The position numbers and the translations under genes were made by a program. Of a DNA stretch of 64,000 bases, positions 51,111 to 64,000 are shown piece by piece. Positions within the stretch are counted from its first letter, which is position 1, and each line of letters opens with the position of its first letter. The stretch comes from Lama glama. Lineage: Eukaryota. Location of the stretch: assembly GCA_028534125.1 (NCBI GenBank), contig CM052817.1, positions 98,892,001 through 98,956,000 on the forward strand. The letters are read 5' to 3'. The notes beneath the pieces were generated by a model. The model had not been told where the DNA came from and ran no database searches. It saw only the letters and a list, made by a program, of their open reading frames with translations.

Positions 51111-51589
51111 TGACTAAATTTAATTCTATCAAATCTGGTTATTTGGCTTCTCATACTACAACATGCAAGAAATCGCTAACTGTACAGTATGGGAAGGATG
51201 CCCCTTCAAAGGCTGACATACTTACACAGATAGTTTTAGAAGGGAAACAGGAAAAATATAAAAAGAGAGCATAACAACTGGGAAAGAACAGAAGTATGGA
51301 ATCCTTTAGATTAAGGTCAAATATAGCAGAGAACAGCAACTAATATTAATAATAAAAACTCACAATCACCAATTACACTCCTTACTTGTCATTACTCACT
51401 CACTACTTCACTGGAAAATGGCCTCTACTCCTAAAAACGAGCACCCACTGTTTTTCAAGTACACAGAGAACATTTATGAAAACAGACTATGCCCAAGAGG
51501 AGTCCCGTCTCAAAAGATTTCCAAGAATCTGTATCACATATATCACAGTCTTTTGCTTTAAATTAAAATGAGTAACAAAAAGATACTGG

Positions 51590-52050
51590 ATTGGATGTAT
51601 GAAGGGAAGCCCCTGCTGAAGACATAATCTTCCAGCTGAGGCATGAATGACAAGGAACCAGCACGTGAAAATCTGGAACAGTCGGAGAAAATGGATCTCA
51701 TAAGGTGCGAATTCAGCAACAACCTTTGCATGATCAGGAACAGAAAGAAGGTCAGTGCCACAGGACACACGAATGAGAACCAGAATAGGCTGGCATGAGA
51801 TCAGAGAGGCAGGCAGGGGCCAGGTCATGGGGGGCGGGCAGGATGTTATTCTCTGTTTAGTGTGAAATTTGGAAGTTTAAGTAGAGGAGGGACACGATCT
51901 CATTTACAGTTTTAAAATGTCACTTTGGCAGCTCTGCAGAAAGTGGATTGTAGATGGTTAAGGGTAGGAAAGGGTGCCCAGGTCTAATGCTAGCCTGGGG
52001 AGAGACGATGACGGTGGCTTAGACTAATGACAGACAGACACGAATGGTTT
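51590..52050 (-). mobile_element. L2 fragment
   Basis: gagatcagagaggcaggcaggggccaggtcatg...gacacgatctcatttacagttttaaaa...cactttggcagct...ggtggcttagacta. Confidence 0.7.
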
Positions 52051-52759
52051 CCAAATGTGCTTGGGAGACACCATCAACCTAGTGGCTCTTCATCACCAAC
52101 TTCTTACAGCCCCCACTGCCACTTCCCCTGCATGTTAATTTCCAGTCGTGGAGTCATTCTATGCTTTTTTCCCATATGAGTGCTCTCTGCTTTGAGTTCC
52201 CCTACCATTTCTACTGCTTCACCTACTTCACGCCTCATTTCTTAAGGATTATGTTCAGGCAGTTATCACTGCCTTCACCTGGGTTGGCTGTTTCTCCTTT
52301 GTGCTCTGATGTGTAGTATACTTAACATCTCACTCAAAAAACATCACTGTACATACAGTTTTTTAAACACTTATTTCTGACCTACTGAAACTCCATCAAT
52401 GAACTGTTCTATTCTAAGTGCTAGCTAACTGGGCTCTCAAGTTTCAGATAGAGCATTTACCATTTATATAATAATTGATAGGTGAATTCTGGATATAAGA
52501 AAGGATACAGAATTGTTCCAGAAATCGTGCCTGTCAAGACAATAACATTCTAAATACATTAAAGAAATTATTTAAGGAAAATACTTATTTTATATTTTTT
52601 AGGAAAAGAGAGATTATTTTGTAAAGGGAATGAATATTCAATTCATCATGTATTTATTTTGTGAATTTGGATTTTAGGTTTTTTATCTTAATAAAAATAT
52701 TTATTCTTACTCATAACCTGACCCTTATTTTTTTCTTTTTTGTTTTGTGTGTGTGTGTG

Positions 52760-52893
52760 GGGGGGGGATTAGGTGTCTTCATGTATTTTTTAATTAATTT
52801 TTAATTTTATTTATTTTTTAGTGGATGTATTGGGGATTGAATCCAGGACCTTGTGCATGCTAAGTATGCACTACCGCTGAGCTATACTCTCCC
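52760..52893 (-). mobile_element. tRNA-derived SINE, Vic-1-like
   Basis: tattggggattgaatccaggaccttgtgcatgctaagtatgcactaccgctgagctatactctccc. Confidence 0.85.
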
Positions 52894-54752
52894 TAATTTT
52901 TCTCTTCTTAAATGTCTTCTTTCTTGCTTTTTAGTTTTTTAAATGGTGGTAGAAGGAAGAAAGGTGAATGAGTGAAACCAAATTCAGCAGAATTAACAAC
53001 CAGAAAATAACCAATTTTTATTCATTTGTACCTTGTTTATAAAAGAACATATGTAATGCTAGGAAAACAGAGTAGATTAAAAATGCTAAAGGGAGAGAAA
53101 AAGGGAAAAAAAAGGTACCCCCAAGAATAAAGAAATAAAGAAGAGTAAAGAGGCCTGTTGGAATTAACAGCTAAAGACAGAAATGCATCCTTTAGTCGGA
53201 GGTCACAGATACTGGGGAAAAAAATGTATATTTTCATGAAAAAGAATTCTTTCCAGTGTGTGATATATGCAAATACAGAACATAGCTGTATATTGATAAC
53301 CCAGCTGTTTTCTAAAAATTAAAAACAACATAAAAGCTTAATGTGCCGCAGGCTGTTTCTCTGATTACTTTTCCTCTTCTTATGGTTATTATTTCTATCG
53401 TTTAGTGCTTTTTTTATAGACAGATTATTTTTATGATCACTTACTCTACCATATGTATTAACTGTTCACTCCAGAATAAAACTTTCTCAAGAGGAACGGA
53501 GCTTTTCTCAAGCAGTAGGTGACTGCATGACTTGTATGTAGACAGCTTGCCTCTGGGTGTGACTGTGTGAACATCTGAGTGTTCCAAAGTGAACTAAACA
53601 GACAATTGACAGTAAAAGCAAAACTACAGCTACTGAAGAGAAAGAAGTCTAGTCTAGTCTGCTTTTAAAATTAGAGAGGCACAGATCTATCCTGGTTCTG
53701 CTATGGTGATTTTGCAGGGATAATGTTTCAATATAAGCCAAGTGCATGTACAAATTTACTAATAATAGAGATGTTTAAGCCTCTTAGAGGAACAAGGTTC
53801 TGAAGAAAAGATGGTGTAGCCTGGAGACAGGGTGAGTAGTAAACCAGAAGATGGTCCTGCTCCTGAGTCTCTCTGTATCCCCTTACTCAGCCTTATTATC
53901 TTCATAATACTTATCACTAACTGAAGTTAGTTTTCATTGTTTATTTTCTGTGCACCCCATTAGAATGTGAGCTCCAGGAGGGAAGGGGCTTTGTCTGACC
54001 TTCTTGTTCATCTCTGTATTTTTAGCTCCATGAACAAAATGATTATTTGCTAAATAAATGAATGAAAGAAAAAAAATACATGAATGAAAGAAGAAACTCT
54101 CCCAGTTTATCAGCCCCCTTCTCATTTAGCCAAACCAGCCTAGACCATCATGTCAACAATATTCCTTTAACAATGTCATCAACCACCCTTCCACTCTCAA
54201 CCCCTTTTCAGAGATTCCACCATTCTCCCATGGCCAAACGCCAACTCTCTCTTCCTATACATAATTAGACAGACAGACAGACAGCACACATACGCACACA
54301 CACCCCTTTTTCTAAACTTACTCTCTGCTGTTGAGAACAGAGAAAAACAACATGGAAAGGAAAAAATAATTTATATATTAATGAGCATCTATTAAGCACC
54401 TATCACTATGTTAGGCATTTCCATAAATATTATCCCACTCTTGGTCCAAACCCTCATGATCTTGTTGCCTTTCTACCTCATCCCTGCTCATTTACTTAGT
54501 CCCCAGGCTAACCTCCTCCCCTCCAACCACAGACAAGGCAGTATTGTTCCCTACTGTCCTGTGCTCATCACTGTATGTGTTCTGGACTTCATTCCCTTTC
54601 TTTTCCTCCTAGAGCTTGATAGTTTATTACATGCTTTCTTTCCTGTATGTCTGACATGCTTCTCTCTCTTTGGAGCTGTCCAATTAACACAGATACATGG
54701 TCAATTACCTACCCATTAAAAAAAAAATTTCTCCGTTAGAGTTCTGGTAATG

Positions 54753-54897
54753 GGTATGGGGTTTCTTTTCATGGTGAATAAATCTTCCAAAATTAGCTTG
54801 TGGTGACGCTTGTAAATACACCCAAACTACTGTACTGTGTACACTTTGAGTGGGTGAATTCTATCCTATGCAAACTTTATCTTAATAAAGCAGTTAG
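54753..54897 (+). mobile_element. L1MB-type extreme 3' end
   Basis: tgggtatggggtttctttt...tgtggtga...tacactttgagtgggtgaatt...tatcttaataaagc. Confidence 0.75.
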
Positions 54898-56443
54898 AAG
54901 TTCTCCCTCCAACTGTTTCCTTTCCTCACTGTGTTGACTTGCTTGCCTCGCAATCACAGCACAGTCCGCCACCGTCTAAGTGTCCTGCTCTAACACCACC
55001 AGTGACTCTTAGAATACTCCAGTGAGTACTTTTCAGCTCTTATTTGTTCAGCCGTCTTTCAGACAGGCTCTAAAACACATATGTGGTGATGTCACCGACC
55101 TCCGGCCTTCAATTCACTATCTTATAATGCAGTTAAACTGACTTTTTATGGCCTTGAAGGCCCTGTATGGTCTGGCTCCTGTCTGTCTCTCTCACCTTAT
55201 CACCTTCGGTTCACGCCACATACGTATTCTCCAGCCATGATCTCTTTCACTCTGTGCAGGGGGCTTCTGCGATTTCTTCTGAGTAGCTGTCCTCTGCTCA
55301 CGACTCTACCCAGTGTTCTTATTCATCCTTCAATCTACAGCTCAAGCCTCTCATTTCCCAGAAAACACGCCAGGTCTCAGGCAGGCTGGGCTTAGTGTCT
55401 ACCCTCTACACTTATGCATATATACCAGGTCCTTATCTCTATAGTGAATTATCACAGGATTATAACTGTTTACTTATCCATATTTCCCTCCTAGACAATG
55501 AACTCTAGCTGACAAGGGCAGGGACTTGCCTTTCAACTCTTTAACCTTATTACATAAGTTAGGTTTAGTACAAGGTTGTTGAGAAAAACAAAATTAATGA
55601 CTTACTCTTGTTTTCTGTTTTCTCCTTGCCTCACTTTACAATGAACTCTGCATGTGTCCTCCAGCAACAGTCTCAAATTACTTCTCTAGTGTCAACATTT
55701 TATGATTCTTTCTATGGTGCAATTGGTAATTTACATTCTTGTTTACAGTTATGTTTTCTAACCCAAACCAAAGGTTTAACACTGAACAACATAAAGGAAA
55801 GAAGTAACACCGGCTGGGAACTTAGGATGGGACAGGTACCATGCCAGGCCTTTTCATGTATTACACCTCATCTGATTCTCCATAAGGTGGGCATTATCGT
55901 ACCAATTCCACACACAAGGAAACAGAGTCTCCGGAAGATCCCAGTCACACAACTAGTAGGCACTGGGGCCAGGAATCAAGTCCACATTTACATACTTGTT
56001 CGTTTATTCTACAACATCACACTGCATGGTGTCACAAGATTTGGCACTATAATATGGCATGGCTGTAATAAAAGGTTACATCACATTCAGAAAGCGCCGT
56101 GAATTAACCGTGTATATTTATACAAATAATGCTAATTAATGACGTGATATATTGTTTCACGAACATGGAGTACCTACTATACTTAGAACATAAGGCCGTG
56201 TTTTTGGAGTGAATGCTGAATCTAGCATATCATACATGTTTATATAATGTATAATATAAAAATAAATTAGGGTATGATGAGTGGAAAACTCTCCAGTTAA
56301 AGTTTAATTTGTTAATAATTAACTACTTGGAGTTGTGGGGAAGAAAAGGAAGTCAAAGAAACTTAAAGCAAAAGTTTTAAACAGTCTTTAGCAAATGCTG
56401 ATCATGAAAAATAAATACTGAAAACATATTTGGTATGGCAGGT

Positions 56444-57013
56444 CCTCAGAAAGTTAAGCACAGAATTACCATATAACCCAGCAATTCTACTTCTGAGTAC
56501 ATACCCCGAAGAGCTGAAAGCAGGGACCTGAACCGGTATTTATATACTCATGTTCATAGCAGCATTATTCGCAATAGCTAAAAGGTAGAAACAACCCCAA
56601 ATGTCCACTGACAGATAAGTGGATAAACACAATGTGGTGTATACATCCAATGGAATATAAATCAGCCTTAAAAAGGGGGGGGGGGGTGGAATTCTGACCC
56701 AATCTACAATATAGATGAATTTTAATAAAATAAGCCAGACACAAAAGGACAAATATTGTATAATTCCACTGATCTGAGATACCTAGAATAGTCAAAGTCC
56801 CAGAAACAGAAAGTAGAATGGTGGCTGCCAAGGCCTGAGGGCAGAAGGGAAGGAGGAGTCACCATTTAACACAGAGTTTCAGTTTGGGAAGATGATTCTG
56901 GAGATGGATGGTGGTGATGGTTGCATAATAATGTGAATGTACTTAATACCACTGAATTATACACTCAAAATGGTTAAAATGGTAAATTTTATATTGATTT
57001 ACCATAATAAAAA
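56444..57013 (+). mobile_element. L1MB-type 3' end
   Basis: cagaattaccatataacccagcaattctacttctg...catgttcatagcagcattattc...ttctggagatggatggtggtgatggttgc...aatggttaaaatggtaaatttt. Confidence 0.9.
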
Positions 57014-57238
57014 CATTATCTGAATTCGTAACATGTTAATTTAAGTGAAAGAAAAAATATAATTTGGTTTAGACATGTATGTCAACTACATGTCTAATAC
57101 CTAAATGGAGTATGCCCAAAGTCAAATATTCTACCAAGTGAATTTAACATTTATTGCCCCATTGTCTGACCACATGCCCTGAATTTGGATTTTGAAAATT
57201 TGGTAACCAAAGATGTATGACAGTCTTCTAGCTTTCCC

Positions 57239-57433
57239 CTGTCCAATACGGCATCCACTAGCCATATGTGATTATTTAAATCTGAATTAACTAAAATTAA
57301 ACATTCAGTTCCTCAGTCACACAAGCCACATTTCAAATGCACAACAGTTACATGTGACCAGTGGTTACCGTATTGAGCAGTGAAGGTATAATGAACATTT
57401 CCATCAGCACAGAAAGTTCTACTGGACAGTGCT
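57239..57433 (-). mobile_element. hAT-Charlie MITE, MER3-like, opposite orientation to 11289-11488
   Basis: ctgtccaatacgg...attcagttcctcagtcacacaagccacatttcaa...aacatttccatcagcacagaaagttctactggacag. Confidence 0.82.
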
Positions 57434-59009
57434 CTTATAGATTATACTGTAAATAGTACATGGTCAACTCCTTTGGTAAATCACTAATGTGTGTGAGAAA
57501 CAGGGTGAGTCAATCCAGAATAAAAACAAAGAGCCAATTACACTCAGTGATCTGTGGAGGAAACAACCTGCTGATTGAATGTTTCACTTTTTAACTAGCA
57601 GCATCACACAGAGAGCCATCCTTCATCCTGCAAATGCTGCATCGACTTGGACACACCAATAGACAAGTCTTTTAAAAAAAAAAGTCAGATCCCACATTGG
57701 GAGAAATGGTATTAAGTACATTTTCAAAGCAATTCTATAGAATATTGTGGAATTTCAAAATTAAAATTACACAGATTTTATAGCAACATAAAATAATTCA
57801 TGCTGGTATGTTAAGTAAAACACGACATGACAAAATCAAATCTATACTGATTTCAGTCATATAACAGCTAAGTAGACAAAAAAAGACCCCAAAGCAGGTG
57901 GTATATTTGAAGAATAACTATGGACATTTAGTAGACAAAGTACCACTATTCAAATATTGTTAAAACAATAAAAAATAAAGTAAATGAGCCTATATGACTT
58001 TATTCTAACAATGAAATTATGCACTACATTGTAACGCCACTTGTATGTTTGCTCCAACCTCAATTTCACATACAGAACCCTATGTCCATACATCTCATGC
58101 AGTCGGTTGTTGCTCTAATAAAATAAAATGCCCCCTGGAAGGAACATTTTCAAAGAACCGAAAAATTGGAAGAGTCTTTTGGGGTTTACCAGATCCAGCT
58201 CTAAAATAAACTGAATAATAGCAATTCAGAACCTGTACAATTAAAGATAAATGTGCTTCTAATGCATGGTGCTCTTGTTTGTGCCCTAACTTTCTTTATG
58301 GAGCACATGACCCAGGTGATAATATGTGCTGGTCCATATATTTAAATATGTACTTTCCTACACTGTCAACATGATCAGGTCATAAGTAGAATTATAAAGA
58401 AATACATCAAGTGCTGGTGAAAAATGAAAAACTTACTTCTATAAATAATGTTCCCTTGATAGTGATATACAACTTTCCCTATGAATCAAAGCGCCCTGGT
58501 TTCTTAGTTTTCTTCCAAAACTGGACGGACATTTAAGGTGATATCTGTTCAATTCTACGATCCCTGTATATGATGTATGTTAGTTGGAGGATACATAATT
58601 AAATTAAGATACTAAAAAAAAAGCAAGGCTATAAACATACATTTTGGTAAATAATGTATTTGTCAAAACCATATTTTTGAGTGTTTTACTTAAGAAAATC
58701 AATGAAAAAGATAAAATGAGTCTCAGTAACACCAAATCTGATGATGTAGGAAGTTCCAGGCTTCATTCTTACTCATAACTTCTATATGGTTATACACGTA
58801 CTTCTGCATTATATATAAATATGTGTTTTATCACATTTAAATAGTTATACTTATAACCTTAATTTTTAATGAATTATTTTCCTAATTTTTTAAATTAGTG
58901 AGTAGCCTTCAAAGTTATAAGTATTGTAAATATGATTATTGACCCCTTAATGGGTTCAAATTGAAAAACCTCTCATTTTATATTGAGTCAAACACTTTGT
59001 TGGAGGGAA

Positions 59010-59363
<354 letters not shown>

Positions 59364-62300
59364 TCATATTATTATGCAGAAATTTATTTTTAAAAATATA
59401 TAGAGGAATTCAGAACAAGCCGTAAAGTTTAATACTAAATTTACTGTGACTTTTACAGACTTATTCTGATATCCTATTTTCCACCAGAATTCGTTCTCCT
59501 TTGTTTATAATCAGAGAATTTCCAGCACTTGTCACACTGAATTATAATAGACTGCTTACATTTCAGTATTTGCCTATGTACCTTGGTCACATTTGTAACA
59601 CGGGGCCTGACAGGTACTCAACTTGTGTTTCAAAGAGAGGTCATACCCTGTAAAGGCTACTTTGGGATAGCAAATATGAAAACATTAAACATGTACTATT
59701 CACTTGAAATATTTATAATTTTTCTAGAATTAAAACATTTTGTTGTCTCCTTCAATAACTATAACCAAATTATTTAGTTATTTCAACTGAGTTTTTGGGA
59801 GGAATACTTTTAAATACTGAATTATTATTCTAATATTAATATTAATATCAAATCAGACCAAGTATTTGATTCTACCAAAATAATAGTGTCCAATAAATAA
59901 TAAATGAACATAATCAAGTGTTCAGTGGAAATGCTGGGTTCAAGGTCCACTTCCAATTCATTATTAGATTCTGTTACAAGCAGTGTACCTAAAATACAAT
60001 AGGTATCAATAAATGTTTGCTAAACTTAACACAGTTAAAAATGATAATAAAGATGTTTTATAACCAGAGACTTGATTTTTAGAAAAGTACTCATATCTAT
60101 ATTATTTAACATTGTTCAAAATTAGTCCAACATAAAAGCCAAGCATTATACTCTATCAATAAATAATGTTACTCAAATCATAGAGTTCTCAAACTCAAAC
60201 TCTGAAGCTTAACTGGAAGTGTACCAAGTTATATCAGGTAATGTATCTCACTGAAATTCTTATTTTTAGAGTCATAAGTGTCAAACTATGATGTATTTTT
60301 GGTGTGGCTTGTGGCTATGTTATCAATATTATACAAAGAAATCTGTCGGTTCTAAAACAAAATTGACGAACTTCTATCGCAAGCAACCAGTAAGATATGA
60401 ATAATCTTGCAACAAAAGACATTCCTATTAGTTCACAGATAAACATTTGTATAAATATGTGCTTTATTAAAATAAGTGCCTATGAATAAGAGAATTATTT
60501 ATGGATAAATTCAAATAATATATTTCCTTTAGTAATATTTAACAAGGCTTCACAACATATCGCACACTATAAAGTAAAAAAAAATTCTGCAAATAAAAGG
60601 CAAATCTCATATTCCAAAGTATACCTAAAAAAGCATTTTGCTAGTTTCAATTGTGAAAAGTTATTATTTTAAACATCTCTTATAAAACTCATTATATTTA
60701 TAAATTATATTTAGTAAATAGCTAAGAAAGCAGAAAACTGCTTCATATTTTATTTGAAATAACAAGCGAAGGGCTTGTAATAGCTTTAAGTAAATTCCTA
60801 TTTTAAGCACATAGATTTAAAATTGATCCCCAAATCCAGAAACTATTAATGCAAGTTGCATACAAAAATGATACGTTTGTTTCATTAACTTAGGCCATGG
60901 GTAGTGATGGGGGTGGGGGTGGGGGAGTAGAGGACATGTTTAAAGTGACACATAAAAACAGCAATTGTCTTAATTTGTGTGCAGTGCACTCTACACAAAA
61001 GCCCTAAATATGTTCAAATTAGAGCAAGCTGCTTGATTGTCACTGCAGTCTCATGTCACATTAATGCATGACAAACATTAAACCATACACTTAAATGGCA
61101 ATTTATATCATTTAAATGTTTACTGCCAGACTAGCTCATCACTCATTTAAATGTGACTTTCTGACAGCTAATTTCAGTTAATTTTCTCCAATTCACTTAA
61201 TTAGAACTTTCAATCAGGGAAGGGCCTATACATATCTGTGAGCTTACATTCTTTTCAGTTGTTGTTCAGAATCTGACTCAATAAACTGCTGAAAAGCTCT
61301 ACTATAATAGATTAGCGTGTAATATTTCCGAGTCCACAAAAATGTACGACTACATGAAGCAAACTCACAGTGTGTACTCTAAGAATCTACACTTATTTAT
61401 GTAAATAATACTCTCGCCAGTAGTTTAAATAAAAAACGTTTAGTTCATATACACACACTATTGAAACGATAAAAAGAAACCCTGCATCCAAGCTAATTAA
61501 AAATTAATGATTTCAAAATTGTTTAATAAGATAAAACAGTCAGGAGTCTCCTGAGTGTCCGTGGTGTTGTGATTTGAGACTATAAAATTCTAGAAGGCTC
61601 AGCAAATGACGAAGTACAAACGAATTTTCTCAATATTAAAGCTCTAAAAACTAGGGCAATTTTATTTTATGTTCATCAAACAAAGACTTGTGAGTCTTCC
61701 TAATGCTGATTACTTCTTTATGCACATTCAAAATGGTGAAGTTGGTGAGATTTAGATGCTTTCCATCTTGACACCACACCAGAATGTTAAGTAAAAAGGC
61801 TGACATGAAATACATTGTAGGCTCACATCATGTCACTGACACACATGCAGAAAAGTCCACAGTGCCATGGGGCAGGCCTCCCCTTACACTGTTACACTGG
61901 TTGACCAGTAATTCATCAAAATCTTGGCAAAATCTCTTCCAGAGGTTGATAAACACGTTTACTTTCACAAATAAACTTTAAATAAAAATTTTAAAACTAA
62001 ACTAAAAACCTCAGTGGTCTTCAAGCATTTCTTGAGATATATATTAAAAAGGGACAGGCAAGAACAACTGCTATGGATACACGGGAATTCCAAAAAGTTG
62101 AAAAATCATTTCAGCACAATGTCAGTTCAGGGCTTTAACATCCTTTTGATACCAGTGAATGACAACTATCTAACCCAAAGTATACAATAAGAAACAAATG
62201 CACTTACTAAAAGACTTGAAGGAAGAGGGAAGGGCAAGCAGGAGGAAATTATTGAGGGTAAAAAAAAAAACCCCACAAATAACTCAAAATGGAATACCTT

Positions 62301-64000
62301 GGGAATACCTTTTATAACTGCCGTTTTTGAGATTCAAAAACATAAATCATAAAACTTCCATTAATTTTTTAAAAAATCTCCTTCCTTATAATAAGATTAA
62401 AAAATACTCTTTACATAAATACTTATTTATATGCACATTTTTAGCTGCAAAAAAATTAAAACATGCCAGCAGAATGCTAAGCATCTGAGATTTTTCAAAG
62501 CCTTTAGGAAAAGTCCTCATTAAGACTGGAGTTAAATACGGTTTGCAGCTAGGGGACAGGAACATTCTTCCTAGGCTGCTCTCAAACCTAACCAATCAAT
62601 TATTAGTACTCCCCTAGCAGGCTAGATACATCATTTACATCCAATGTGTGCTCTGAGTAAAATTTGTAAAAAAGAAAATCCACTAAAATGTCGAACACAA
62701 TACAATAATATTCAACTCATCTGAGTTATTATAAAATAAATCAGTCACTAACATTCAATTGTTAAGCACCAAATAAGACTATGAAAAGCCTATCCTATGA
62801 AGCCTCACATATATTGTCAGGCCAATCCAGGGGGACTCATATTAGTCTTGACAAACTGTCTTGGGGCTGATATCTGTTTTTTTAATGAGATCTATTAAGC
62901 AGAGACTAAAACACTTGAGATATGCTAAAAAGTACAGTATACAGATGTCAAATACACACACTTATTAGTAACTTTCATTTGTTTGGTCCAAATGCAGAAC
63001 ATCAACAAATTAAAGCTTTAATACTATAAAGACAATAGCAAATTATTCATAAATAACTCATTTGTGTAACCCCATGTCAGAAATAATTATAACATATATG
63101 AATGTGTGTCTAACAATAAATCTCAGTAAAAGATCACAATATATGTTTTCCCGAAACTAATCCATTAAGGAAATGAATTATTTATTGATAAAAAAGTTAT
63201 ATAAAATTATTCTTATTTCTTATAGAAGTCAAATAATAATGTAACTTATGCAGAAATAATTTGCTTTTCCCAAGAAATTCTAAGCTATCTGAGAATAAAA
63301 ATTCTACAATATAAAGTATTAATCATGTGTTTAGCTAATCTATGAATACTTTAGAAATACTCCAGCAGTTTCCTTTTACTTTCAAAAAATCAAATTTTCT
63401 CTAATGTAAAAATTATGTAAAATCAAGAAAACCAACTTCAACTAAAAGAGAAATTAAATAACTGCTTATTTCAAGATCAAAAGACTTTAATTGTATTATT
63501 TGTGCTTCTTATACTTCTAATTCCCAGGATAATGCTAGTACTCAGTTACATTTTTGCTAATTCTTCTCATACTATGCCATATATAAAAAAGCAACTAAAT
63601 AAAAGCTACTGGTTTCTATAGGATAAATGATTTTTATAAAAAAATCAAATAATAAGATAAAATATTATTTACAAACTTTTAATTATAGAAATAATTGTAT
63701 AACCAGAAGGAATTAGGCGTGTGCACCCCAAATACATATTTCTGCACTCCCACACCAATACTTCCGTCCCCAGGCTTTGAGAAGGCCCAGTTCAGTACCA
63801 GGATACAAAATGCTACAGCTGTACATTCCAGACAGAAATAAAAATTACTGACTCATTCTCTGATTTGATACACAGTTCAAGATGTATTTGATCATATTTT
63901 AATGGAAGAAAGTATGAAAATTAGTTTCATAACTTTTTAATTGTACCTATAATTTAGAGTCAATTCTTCTAAATGTAGATAGTAAAAAGTTTCAAAGGAG

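Noticed and set aside
55608..56102. 164-aa plus-strand ORF
   Set aside because: Non-ATG start, overlaps a MIR-like fragment, and shows no protein-family features.

Overview
This is a mammalian genomic window, most likely camelid because it carries four Vic-1-like tRNA-derived SINEs. It lies wholly inside the 3' part of LRBA (BEACH/WD40 trafficking protein) on the minus strand. Seven coding exons have canonical AG/GT boundaries: 59178-59345, 36017-36106, 32987-33142, 26959-27126, 11579-11680, 8385-8581 and 3476-3627. They encode the end of the BEACH domain and most of the WD40 region; the last exon falls off the left edge. About 80 residues expected between the 36 kb and 33 kb exons are absent and the exon phases there do not match. 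That intron holds an exact 500-N gap flanked by two inverted L1 3' ends, so the missing exons are probably in unassembled sequence. The rest is intron: L1, L2, MIR, hAT and Tigger fossils, an ERV1-like solo LTR, a microsatellite and several homeobox-motif-rich unique blocks. I found no convincing new biological system. The best leads are splicing and RNA-structure hypotheses. Repeat family names and comparisons to human and mouse proteins come from memory, not from searches.
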